Origin: Candidatus Mayfieldus profundus
GTDB taxonomy: Bacteria > Actinomycetota > Thermoleophilia > Solirubrobacterales > 70-9
Direction: 5' to 3'
NCBI GenBank assembly: GCA_038040325.1
Contig: JBBPIM010000004.1
Span: 29,325-93,324, forward strand
DNA: 64,000 nucleotides
Shown here: positions 18,627 to 27,027 of the stretch, piece by piece
Layout of the letters: each line of letters begins with the position of its first letter
Numbering within the stretch: position 1 is the stretch's first letter
Notes under the pieces: generated by a model
Told to the model about the DNA's origin: nothing
What the model saw: only the letters and a program-made list of their open reading frames with translations
The model's database searches: none
Translations under genes and position numbers: made by a program

Positions 18627-19740
18627 GGTCGCGCTCGGGGTCGATCCCCCAGCGCTCGGCCGCCTCGGCCAGCTCGTCGCTGAGCGGCCAGCGGTCCGGC
18701 CGCTCCTCGCCCGAGTGGGCGGCGCTGGCGCCCTTCAGCGCCATGCAGCCTGCGTTGTCGCCGATCGCGCGGATCTCCGCAACGTCCTCATCGCTGAGCC
18801 GCTGATCCTCCGGCAGCGCCTCCAGCTCGGCGCGCTTGTCCTCGATCGGCCGCGCCCCCTCCCCCGCCTCCTGGATCAGCGTCGGCACCAAGCACTCGAC
18901 GGCCTCGTGGGCGAGGTTCCACTGGCAGGCCAGCTGGATCGGCGCCAGGCCCGCCCGAGCGGCGATCGGGCGCAGCCGCTCCAGCTTCTCCCGGCCGGCC
19001 TCGATCCAGCCCTCGGGACGGAAGGCGCGGTGATCGCCGGGGGCCAGCTCGGCGCCGGGCAGCAGGTCGTCCCAGAACAGCCCGCCGTAGTCGACCACGC
19101 GGGTGATCACCCGCACCCCGTTGCGCGCCGCCGCGTCGAGGCAGAGCTCGCCCGGCCAGGGCTCGAGCGGGTTGAGGATCACCATCGCCCAGTCGATGCG
19201 GTCGCCGAATCGCTCCAGGCAGCGGATCAGGTCCAGCGTGAAGCCGTTGGCCGGCCCGGGCGCGACGCCGATCGAGCCCGCCAGGCCCGCCTCGCGCAGC
19301 GCCGCCATCGCGTCCCACACGGCTTCCGACTCGTAGCCGGTGCGGTCGGGGTTGTGCAGTAGCAGCAGGTCGAACCGGTCGGTGCCGACCCGCTCGAGGC
19401 TGCGCTCGGTGGCCATCCGCAGGTAGTCCGCATAATCGTCGGGGCCGCGCAGGCCGGGGTCGGTGAAGCGCGGAAAGCCGCGCGGTCCCTCGCGCTCGCC
19501 CTTGTAGAAGTCGTGCCCGACCGAACCGACCAGGCAATAGGAATCGCGCGACTGCCCCTCCAGTGCCCGACCCAGCAGCCGGTCGGCCTCTCCCTCGCCG
19601 TAGACGTCGGCGCCGATCACCGTGTCGATCCCGTCCGGGCGAAGCAGCGCCGCCAGGCGCTCCTCTTCGATCGCCTCGCCGAAGCGCATGAAGCGGCCTC
19701 CGCTCCAGGTTCCGACCGCGGCTCTGCCGGGCTCGCTCAT
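18595..19740 (-). CDS. aldo/keto reductase family oxidoreductase
   Basis: 381 aa with AKR-like blocks 'IDTVIGADVYGEGEAD..LG', 'DLLLLHNPD', 'GVAPG' and 'LAHEAVECLVPTLI'. Its 3' end overlaps the convergent hydrolase gene by 32 bp. Confidence 0.75.
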   Translation of the reverse strand: MSEPGRAAVGTWSGGRFMRFGEAIEEERLAALLRPDGIDTVIGADVYGEGEADRLLGRALEGQSRDSYCLVGSVGHDFYKGEREGPRGFPRFTDPGLRGPDDYADYLRMATERSLERVGTDRFDLLLLHNPDRTGYESEAVWDAMAALREAGLAGSIGVAPGPANGFTLDLIRCLERFGDRIDWAMVILNPLEPWPGELCLDAAARNGVRVITRVVDYGGLFWDDLLPGAELAPGDHRAFRPEGWIEAGREKLERLRPIAARAGLAPIQLACQWNLAHEAVECLVPTLIQEAGEGARPIEDKRAELEALPEDQRLSDEDVAEIRAIGDNAGCMALKGASAAHSGEERPDRWPLSDELAEAAERWGIDPERDLSERLPSRSR

Positions 19741-19767
19741 CGGAGGAAACGGTAGCGGCGGGGAACC

Positions 19768-22491
19768 CTAGGGCTCGACCACCCGCCAGCGGCGCTTCGC
19801 CGGGGTGGGGTCGGTGTTGCCGGCGGCGTCAGTGGCCTTGACCCTGAACCTGTGCCTGCCGAGGTCGAGGTTTTTGAGCTTCTTCGGCGAGGTGCAGGGC
19901 TTGAACGCCCGCTTGTCGCGCTTGCACTTAAAGGTCGAGCCGGGCTCGTTGGAGCTGAACTTGAACTTCGCCCTGCGTTTGGTTGTCTTCCTGTTCGGGC
20001 CCTGGACGATCTTGGTTCGCGGCGCCGCCGTGTCCCCGCCGCCGAGAGGAATCAGCGTGAAGGTGGCGCTGACGTTGCGGTTGGCGGACATGGTCAGGTT
20101 GCAGGCGCCGACCCCCCCGCAGTCGACGCCCCAGCCGTTGAATGCCGAGCCGCTTCCGGCAGCCGCCGAGAGGCTCACAAGGGTGCCGTGGGCATAGGAC
20201 TCGGTGCAGTCCCCGGGGCAGTTGATCCCGGTGCCGGTCACGGTGCCCCCGCCGGTGCCCGCCGTCGACACCGTCAGCGTCTTGTTCGGTTCCGCGTTGA
20301 AGTTCGCCGTGACCGACTTGTCGGCGGTCATGTTCATCGTGCACTGGCTGCCGCTCGGGTTGTCGCAGGTCGTCCAGTTGGTGAAGCTGGAGCCGAGGCT
20401 GGGACTCGCGGTGAGAACCACGTTCGACCCGTCGGCGTACGTCTCCGTGCAGTCGCCCGGGCAGTTGATCCCCGTCCCGGTCACGGTCCCGCTGCCGGTG
20501 CCGGCCAGGTTTACGGTGAGCGTTCTCAGCGGGCCGGACGGCGGGGTGAGCATGAACAACTCCGCATCTCCACCGCCGGCGGCGCGGTTGTCGGTCCAGG
20601 CCGGGTAGTAGATCCCCTGGGCGACGTCGGAGCCCTCGTAATCCCCGTAGTCGAACCCGTCGCTGTTGGCGCCGCTGTAGTCCGACGCCGCTGTCGTGAA
20701 CTGCTGCATGGACCCGTAGCTGACACCGCCGTTGGTCGAGATCACGTAGTACTGATGCGTCGTCTCGCGAGTGGCATCGGCTTTGGTGCTGTAGAAGCTG
20801 GCCTCGATCGTTCCCGCCGCGGCCGAGGGGTCGGCGGCCAGCGTGGGGAAGAAATGGTCGTTGAGGGCGGTGGCGGTGTCGTCGGTGAGCCTCACGCCGG
20901 TGTTGGCGGCGGGGAAGGTGTTCGCGGCGCCCGCCGCGATGTAGCTGTCGAAGGTCCGGTCGGTCGCGCTCTCGGAGCAGCGAGTGGTGTTGTTGTTGCG
21001 CAACTCGCTCCAGACCACGTAAACGCGCCCGTCCGGGCCCACGTCCACGTAGGTGCTGGCGCTCACCCTGCCCCCTGGTGCGGAGATGATCGAGCAGAAG
21101 AAGGGCAGAGCCGACGCGCTGCCCGGGTCGAGGTCGGTGTCGACGTTCGACTCCTCGTTCCAGTTCGCCTCCACCGTGCAGTTCTCCCCTGCCAGGCATC
21201 GGTTGATCTCGATGTGATCCTGGTTGTAGTCCACCCAGGCCACGTAGACGTCGCCGTTCGGCGCCGCGGCCACCGAGGCGTAGATGTAGCCCCCCGCGGG
21301 ACCGGTGACGTCCACGGGCTCGCTCCAGTTGGTCGGGTTGTCGCAGTTCGACGCCGTGGTGCCGTCGCACTCCGAGATCACGATGTTCTGGCCGGGGTTC
21401 TCGGTCCACACGGCGTAGAGGCGGTAGCGCTTGGGGCTCGACGCCCAGGAGTCCACCCCGATCATGTTCTTGTCCTGCTGGCCGGTGGTGACGCGCCGGA
21501 TCGCGGTGTTCTGGGCGTTGAAGGTCGTGGCGCTGGGGCCCGCTGCCCGGTTGATGATGATGTGACTGCTCGACCCCGTGGTGAGCACCGAGTACCAGAG
21601 ATTTCCGCGGTCGTCGGCGGCGAGGGCCGGGTCGCAACAGAGGCTCAGGTTCTGCGTCCCACCCCCCTCGTCGGGCGGCATCAGCGTGGACGAGGGCAGC
21701 GCGTTGAGCACCTGGGTGCCGGGCTTCATCGAGTTGTTGGAGATCCAAGCCGGGGGGTTCCCGCTGGAGGGATTCGAGGCGGCGATCACGCGCTGCGAGT
21801 TGTCGAACTCGACGGCCGTGTAGACCTCTTGGTTGTCGCCGGAGTTGTTGCTGACGTTGTTGTTGGTCGATGGGCTGGGCAGCGCGCGTTCCCCGGTCGA
21901 GCCTGATGCCGCCGCTGACCCGGCACGCTCAGCGGCCGCCTGCGCTGCGTACTTATCGGGGGGCAGGCGGTTCTGGCCGTAGACGAGCAGCGAAGACCTC
22001 TCGATCACCCGACCCGTCCTGGGATCGACGAGGTCGAGCCGGTAGCGGCCTGGGGGCCGGTTGAGGTCGGAGAGAGTGAGCCTGCGGGACTCGGACCCGT
22101 CGAGTTCGAGCATGCGCGAGGCGAGTCCCACTCGCGTGATGTTGCGCCCGAACCGGGCGCTGTCCGGACGAGCAGGACGGTAGATCCGGACCCGGATCTT
22201 GCGGGTCAGCGCCCTGCTCGGGTCGACCGTGACCCTGACGTCCTGGTCGGGAGCACCGGCGACGATCGCGGTGGGGCTGACTCGCAGGGAACCGAACGGC
22301 AGGGAGTGGCGTGACCGCGGCGGGGGTGCGGTGACCACCGGCTGGATGGGACCGATGGCGCTCCCGGCCTCGGACGATGGCCGGACATCGCGGCCCCCGG
22401 GTTGGGCAGCCACGGCCGAGACGCCGAGCACCGATGCCCCCAGGCAGATCGCCAGGAACCCGCCCAGCCGGCGGCGAGAAATCCCGCTCAC
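19768..22491 (-). CDS. large secreted protein: sialidase/BNR-like beta-propeller region + 2 InlB-B-repeat-like domains + C-terminal Ig-like module
   Basis: 907 aa with signal peptide 'FLAICLGASVLGVSAVAAQP'. Repeated 'VYVAWVD/VYVVWSE/YYPAWTDNR' strands suggest a sialidase-like propeller. Two tandem 'LTV..AGTG.GTVTGTGINCPGDCTE.Y' domains follow, and the C-terminal 'F.FSS.E.GS.F.C..D....C.SP......G.H.F.V.A.D.AGN.DPTP' module is shared with the adjacent protease. Confidence 0.65.
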   Translation of the reverse strand: MSGISRRRLGGFLAICLGASVLGVSAVAAQPGGRDVRPSSEAGSAIGPIQPVVTAPPPRSRHSLPFGSLRVSPTAIVAGAPDQDVRVTVDPSRALTRKIRVRIYRPARPDSARFGRNITRVGLASRMLELDGSESRRLTLSDLNRPPGRYRLDLVDPRTGRVIERSSLLVYGQNRLPPDKYAAQAAAERAGSAAASGSTGERALPSPSTNNNVSNNSGDNQEVYTAVEFDNSQRVIAASNPSSGNPPAWISNNSMKPGTQVLNALPSSTLMPPDEGGGTQNLSLCCDPALAADDRGNLWYSVLTTGSSSHIIINRAAGPSATTFNAQNTAIRRVTTGQQDKNMIGVDSWASSPKRYRLYAVWTENPGQNIVISECDGTTASNCDNPTNWSEPVDVTGPAGGYIYASVAAAPNGDVYVAWVDYNQDHIEINRCLAGENCTVEANWNEESNVDTDLDPGSASALPFFCSIISAPGGRVSASTYVDVGPDGRVYVVWSELRNNNTTRCSESATDRTFDSYIAAGAANTFPAANTGVRLTDDTATALNDHFFPTLAADPSAAAGTIEASFYSTKADATRETTHQYYVISTNGGVSYGSMQQFTTAASDYSGANSDGFDYGDYEGSDVAQGIYYPAWTDNRAAGGGDAELFMLTPPSGPLRTLTVNLAGTGSGTVTGTGINCPGDCTETYADGSNVVLTASPSLGSSFTNWTTCDNPSGSQCTMNMTADKSVTANFNAEPNKTLTVSTAGTGGGTVTGTGINCPGDCTESYAHGTLVSLSAAAGSGSAFNGWGVDCGGVGACNLTMSANRNVSATFTLIPLGGGDTAAPRTKIVQGPNRKTTKRRAKFKFSSNEPGSTFKCKRDKRAFKPCTSPKKLKNLDLGRHRFRVKATDAAGNTDPTPAKRRWRVVEP

Positions 22492-22553
22492 GGTCCCGAG
22501 GTTACCCCTGGTCGTCGGCCGCCGTCAAGACGGGCTGCATACCATGTGTGGCC

Positions 22554-23897
22554 ATGGGGGCGAGGGCGAGACGGTTTGCCATTCTCGCGGCCGCGACAGG
22601 GATGCTGATCCTCACGCCCGCGGTTTCGCTCTCGGGCGCCGCGGCTGACGAGAACGCACGGGCGAACCGGGGGGCCGAGGTGGCGCCCGGCGTCTTCCTC
22701 GCCGGCGTCGAGGCTGCCTCGACACCCACCGGCGCGACCGCCCCGCCCCGGGCCCAAGGCACACGCACCCGCGAGCCGCGCATCGTGGGCGGGACCACGA
22801 CGACGATCGAGGAGTGGCCGTGGCAGGTTGCCGTCGCGGACAACCCCGCGCTGTACAGCGGCAACGGCTTCCAGCGGCAGTTCTGCGGCGGCTCGCTCGT
22901 CGCCCCCACGATCGTCATCACTGCCGCTCATTGCGCGTTTGACGTCTTCGACGGCGGCAACGACTTCGACGATCCGGAGAACTTCTCGGTGATCACGGGT
23001 CGCACGACGCTCTCCAGCAGCCAGGGGCAGGAGATCGACGTCGACAGCATCTGGTTTCCGGCCAACGGGATGGGTCAGCGGCTTTACAACCCCAACACCG
23101 ACGAATGGGACGCGATCGTGCTGGTGCTGGCTTCGCCTTCGAGCTCGGGCACGATCAAGATCGCGGGGGCCGACGAGACGGCGCTGTGGGCCGCGGACAG
23201 CGTGGCGTGGGCCACCGGCTGGGGCACGACATCCTCCGGCGGCTCTAGAAGCGACACCCTGCGCGAGGTCCAGTTCCACATGATCGCCGACTCGACCTGC
23301 GGCTCACCGACCGTCTACGGCTCGGAGTTCAAGGCGCAGACGATGGTCTGCGCCGGCGAGTTAACCGGCGGCAAGGACACCTGCCAGGGCGACAGCGGCG
23401 GGCCGCTCACGGTCCCGATGGCGGGTGGCGGGTTTCGCCTCGTCGGCGACACGAGCTGGGGCTTCGGATGCGCGCTTCCCAACAACCCCGGCGTCTACGG
23501 CCGCCTCGCCGCCGACCCGATGCGAACCGTCTTTCGCAACGCCATTCTCGGCCTGGCCGGCGTCGACGTGGTCGGCTCGGGGGGCACGCCGCCGGCTGTA
23601 CCCTCATCAACGGACACCGACTCCCCCGAGACGACGATCACCAAGCACCCCAAGAAGCACGTCGAAAGCAGCCAGCAGAAGGTCTCGGTCAGGTTCAAGT
23701 TCAGCTCCGACGAGGCGGGCTCGAGCTTCCAGTGCAGGCTCGACCAGCGCCCGCTGCGGTCCTGTTCGGGGCCGAGGGACTACCGGGTCGGGACCCCGGA
23801 CAACCCGCGCAAGCACCTGTTCAAGGTGTTTGCGACCGACCCGGCCGGGAACCGCGACCCGACCCCGGGGAAGTTCAGGTTCAGGGCCTCGAGTTGA
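22554..23897 (+). CDS. secreted trypsin-like serine protease (S1 family) with C-terminal Ig-like module
   Basis: From the ATG at 22554: signal peptide, 'IVGGTTTTIEEWPWQVAV', 'ITAAHC', 'DAIVLVL' and 'CQGDSGGPL' give the His/Asp/Ser triad. The C-terminal module is shared with the divergent 907-aa protein. Confidence 0.88.
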   Translation: MGARARRFAILAAATGMLILTPAVSLSGAAADENARANRGAEVAPGVFLAGVEAASTPTGATAPPRAQGTRTREPRIVGGTTTTIEEWPWQVAVADNPALYSGNGFQRQFCGGSLVAPTIVITAAHCAFDVFDGGNDFDDPENFSVITGRTTLSSSQGQEIDVDSIWFPANGMGQRLYNPNTDEWDAIVLVLASPSSSGTIKIAGADETALWAADSVAWATGWGTTSSGGSRSDTLREVQFHMIADSTCGSPTVYGSEFKAQTMVCAGELTGGKDTCQGDSGGPLTVPMAGGGFRLVGDTSWGFGCALPNNPGVYGRLAADPMRTVFRNAILGLAGVDVVGSGGTPPAVPSSTDTDSPETTITKHPKKHVESSQQKVSVRFKFSSDEAGSSFQCRLDQRPLRSCSGPRDYRVGTPDNPRKHLFKVFATDPAGNRDPTPGKFRFRASS

Positions 23898-25077
23898 CGA
23901 AGTCGGTCAGCTCGAAGCGCGGCTCCTCGTCGAACACGTCCCGCAACCGCTTGCGGAAGGCGTTGTAGCGGCGCTCGGCGTCACCGTGGCGACCCTGCTC
24001 GAGCAACAGCCCGATCAGGGCGTGGTGCAGCCGCTGGTCGAGCGGCCACAGGTCGATGCAGCGCTCGAGGTAGCTGCGGGCGGTCGCGGCGTCGTCGTTG
24101 GCGCGGCAGTGTTCGACCAGCACGCTCACAGCCTGATAGGCGAGGTTTCGGAACCTCTCGCGCTCCGGGAAGGCCCACTCGGCGTACGGCTCTTCCTCGA
24201 ACAGATCGCCCCTGTAGAGATCCAGTGCCTGCTTCAGGCTGGCCACCGCGTCCGGCCTCTTGTCGAGCGTCGTCGCGGGCACCTGCTCCGCGACCGCGGC
24301 CAATGTCTCGAAGTCGTCCAGGTCCACCGCCACGCGCGGGTCGAGCGCGTAGGTGCTGCTCGTGGATGTGATGAACGCCGACGGAGCCCTTGAGGCCCGC
24401 CCGGGCTCGAGCCGCTCGCGCAGGGCGTGGACGAAAAAGCGCACCGTGCTCCGCCCAGGTCGCTCCGCGCGGGGCCACAGGGCCTCGACGATCTCGTCCA
24501 CGTGCGCCGGGCGGCCGCGGCGGGAGACCAGGTACTTGAGCAGCTGTCCGGGGCGCTGCAGCAGCCAATCCCCCTCGACCGCGATCCCCTCCACCTCGAC
24601 CTCGGTCCTGCCGAGCGCCCGGATCTGAAGTTCCGGCTCCGAGTCCCAGTGGACCTTGGTGCGGCGGCGGCGGTCGTGCAGGGGCGCTGGGCGCAGGTGC
24701 ATCACCACCGTCGAGCCGTCCTCGGCGAGCCGGGCCGCCGTAATCCACGCGGCGTGTGTGGGCCGCTCGGCGGGCAGGCCGATCCGGAGCTCCGTCAGCG
24801 GCTCTTCCGATTCTGCGGCAAGCCTGGCGATGCAGTGCTGGTGGAGGGGCTCGTGACGGTGGCAGCCGAACAGCGAGCAGCAGGTCGCCTCATCCGGCCA
24901 GCTGCCGTGTGCCGCCGCCACGGTTCGCCGGGCCGTTTCGTTGGCATCGATGACGACGCCCTCGCCGTCGGTGACGAGGACGCCGAAGCGCAGCTCGTCG
25001 AGGATCCTGCCCGCGGCGGCAGCCGCCGGCCGATCCGAGTCGTCGGGTTTTCCAACTGCCGTGGTCGTTTTCAACAT
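23881..25077 (-). CDS. PAS-like sensor fused to SARP/AfsR-type regulator (OmpR-type wHTH + BTAD)
   Basis: 398 aa. The N-terminus 'RFGVLVTDGEGVVIDANETARR' is PAS-like. 'IRALGRTEVEVEG..L.RPGQLLKYL' and 'FFVHALRERLEP' indicate the wHTH. 'ALDLYRGDLFEEEPYAEWAFPERERF' and 'LIGLLLEQGRHGDAERRYNAFRKRL' indicate the BTAD. Confidence 0.7.
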   Translation of the reverse strand: MLKTTTAVGKPDDSDRPAAAAAGRILDELRFGVLVTDGEGVVIDANETARRTVAAAHGSWPDEATCCSLFGCHRHEPLHQHCIARLAAESEEPLTELRIGLPAERPTHAAWITAARLAEDGSTVVMHLRPAPLHDRRRRTKVHWDSEPELQIRALGRTEVEVEGIAVEGDWLLQRPGQLLKYLVSRRGRPAHVDEIVEALWPRAERPGRSTVRFFVHALRERLEPGRASRAPSAFITSTSSTYALDPRVAVDLDDFETLAAVAEQVPATTLDKRPDAVASLKQALDLYRGDLFEEEPYAEWAFPERERFRNLAYQAVSVLVEHCRANDDAATARSYLERCIDLWPLDQRLHHALIGLLLEQGRHGDAERRYNAFRKRLRDVFDEEPRFELTDFVNSRP

Positions 25078-25338
25078 CCGCTCAGGCGCCTCCCACTAAT
25101 TGAACCAAGTCGCCGCGCCCGCCGCGATCCCCGTCCGCACTTCTCACTGCCATCCCGTACTCGATATTTGCACTAACAGGGAACTAACGCCACCCAAACC
25201 GGCCTCAAACGGTCCGTGCGTATAAGTGGCTACGGCACGGAAACGGCGCGTTGACGGCCCTTTGCCAACATCGCGACCTGGCGTTCTTGAAGTGGACCTG
25301 GATGTCCGAGGGGGGAGCACCCAACGTCTTCAGATTTA

Positions 25339-27027
25339 ATGGAAGCTCAGTCCATTTCAAAAACCGACCAGTCTCTTGACCTCCCCGCTTCCGGGGAGGC
25401 GGTTCCCGCAAACCCGGCGACGTTCGAGTCGGGGCCTCTTGCCGCAGACCTGCCTGAGTCCCCGCAGCGTCAACGCCGGGGACTTGCCTTGCCCAGCGTC
25501 GCCGTCCCTCGCTGGGTGGGCATCGCGGTCGATTACTTCGCTGCCTCGGCCGGGCTGCTCGCGATCACGCTTCTGGGCGGAGGCTCTCTTTCGCCCACGG
25601 CGCTTCTCGCGCCCATGCTGCTGGTCTATTTCAACTGGGCGATCGGCCTCTACGGGCCCTCCCTGGCGGGACGCCAGACGACCGGGCGCCCCCGCACCCC
25701 CCTCGCACTGCTGCTCACCACAGGCATTTTCGCGTGGTGCGCGGGGGTCATCGAAAGCTCGTCCATCGGTGGAGGCAGTCTCGGCGCGGTCGACCAGCTG
25801 GTCCTCTGGGGCGGGGTGTTTGCCTCCGGACTCGCGAACCGAAGCACCGCGGCCGGCGCGGTCAAGCGCGCTGATCCTGAGCGCTGGCTCGTGGTGGGTG
25901 GGATCGGCGGCATCGAGCGGCTCGAGTACGCCCTTCGCGGGGATCGGGACCAAAATCTGGCACGGATCGTCGCTGCGCAGCCGATTCCGTCGAATGGGAC
26001 CGTGCCGCTGGAGCGTCGTTCGGAGGCAATGGCCGCCGTCGAGAGCAGTGACGTGGATCGCGTGGTGCTCGCGCTCGGGGCCGTCGATTCCGGCACCGCA
26101 CTCGAGCTCGTTCACACCTTCAAGGCGCTCGGTGTTCCGGTCAGCCTGCTCGAGCCGCCGCCGGATCTGACCGAAGGCCTGCCGCTCGCGGAGAGGCGGG
26201 TCGGACAGCTGCCGGTTGTCGACGTCGGACAGCTCACCCGTAACGGGCACGCCTCGCAGAACGGACACGCCGCCACCAACGGAAATGCCGCCATGAACGG
26301 ACACGCCGCCACCAACGGACACACCGCCACCAACTGGCACGCCGCTCGAAACGGCTGGAGGCCGCGCGTGAGCGTGATCATCCCGGCGCTCAACGAGGAG
26401 GAGAACCTGCCCCATGTCCTCGAGCGGCTCCCGGCACGCCTGCACGAAGTGATCCTGGTCGACGGCAGCTCCAACGACCAGACGGTGGAGGTCGCGATCA
26501 GGGAGCGACCCGGGATCCGTGTCCTCGCCCAGTCCGGACGCGGCAAGGGCGACGCCCTGCAGACGGGCTTCGCCGCGGTGACCGGAGACGTCATCGTCAC
26601 CCTCGACGCCGACGGGTCTGCCGACCCGGCGGAGATCCCGCGCTTCGTCGAAACCCTCATGGCCGGGTCGGACTTCGCCAAGGGGTCCCGTTTCGTGGGT
26701 GACGGGGGAAGCGACGACATCACAGCGATCCGCCAGCTGGGCAACTGGGCGCTGAACACGACCGCAAACGCGCTCTACGGAACCCGCCACAGCGACCTCT
26801 GCTACGGCTACAACGCCTTCTGGACCCGTTGCCTTCCCTACATCTCGCTCGACGTCACGGGATTCGAGGTCGAGACTCTGATGACCCTGCGATCCGCAAA
26901 GGCGGGACTGAAGGTCAGCGAGGTGCCGAGCTACGAGGCCAAGCGCCTGCACGGAAAGAGCAACCTGAAGATCTGGCGGGACGGCTTCCGGGTGCTGAGG
27001 ACGATCATCAGGGAGCGCCAAGCGTAG
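25339..27027 (+). CDS. membrane protein: phosphoglycosyltransferase-type N-terminal TM + Rossmann-like module fused to DPM1-like GT2 domain
   Basis: 562 aa. About 4 hydrophobic helices are followed by 'RWLVVGGIGGIERLEYAL....DRVVLAL....LGVPVSLL', which resembles a WbaP/EpsB N-terminal region. An (NGHAAT)n linker comes next, then the GT2 core 'VSVIIPALNEEENL..VILVDGSSNDQT', 'TLDADGS' and 'EVPSYEAKRLHGKSNL'. The start is uncertain because there is no good SD. Confidence 0.7.
   Translation: MEAQSISKTDQSLDLPASGEAVPANPATFESGPLAADLPESPQRQRRGLALPSVAVPRWVGIAVDYFAASAGLLAITLLGGGSLSPTALLAPMLLVYFNWAIGLYGPSLAGRQTTGRPRTPLALLLTTGIFAWCAGVIESSSIGGGSLGAVDQLVLWGGVFASGLANRSTAAGAVKRADPERWLVVGGIGGIERLEYALRGDRDQNLARIVAAQPIPSNGTVPLERRSEAMAAVESSDVDRVVLALGAVDSGTALELVHTFKALGVPVSLLEPPPDLTEGLPLAERRVGQLPVVDVGQLTRNGHASQNGHAATNGNAAMNGHAATNGHTATNWHAARNGWRPRVSVIIPALNEEENLPHVLERLPARLHEVILVDGSSNDQTVEVAIRERPGIRVLAQSGRGKGDALQTGFAAVTGDVIVTLDADGSADPAEIPRFVETLMAGSDFAKGSRFVGDGGSDDITAIRQLGNWALNTTANALYGTRHSDLCYGYNAFWTRCLPYISLDVTGFEVETLMTLRSAKAGLKVSEVPSYEAKRLHGKSNLKIWRDGFRVLRTIIRERQA
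26242..26349 (+). repeat. six tandem 18-bp units encoding (N-G-H-A-A/S-T/Q)n interdomain linker
   Basis: The units aacgggcacgcctcgcag / aacggacacgccgccacc / aacggaaatgccgccatg / aacggacacgccgccacc / aacggacacaccgccacc / aactggcacgccgctcga are read directly from the sequence. Confidence 0.9.

Noticed and set aside
19852-21906. 684-aa plus-strand ORF and 606-aa minus-strand ORF (19928..21748) overlapping the 907-aa secreted protein
   Set aside because: Only the 19768..22491 frame has a signal peptide, recognisable repeated domains and a tail shared with the neighbouring protease. The others are low-complexity Arg/Gly/Val strings.
25221-25280. Promoter-like hexamers (TATAAG at 25221, TTGACG at 25251) upstream of the island
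   Set aside because: Neither has a properly spaced partner hexamer (no TANNNT 16-18 nt after the TTGACG). This is not supportable without TSS data.
25357-27021. 554-aa minus-strand ORF opposite the first island gene
   Set aside because: It has no motifs and a high Arg/Gly/Pro content, while the plus-strand frame has TM helices plus a full GT2 core.
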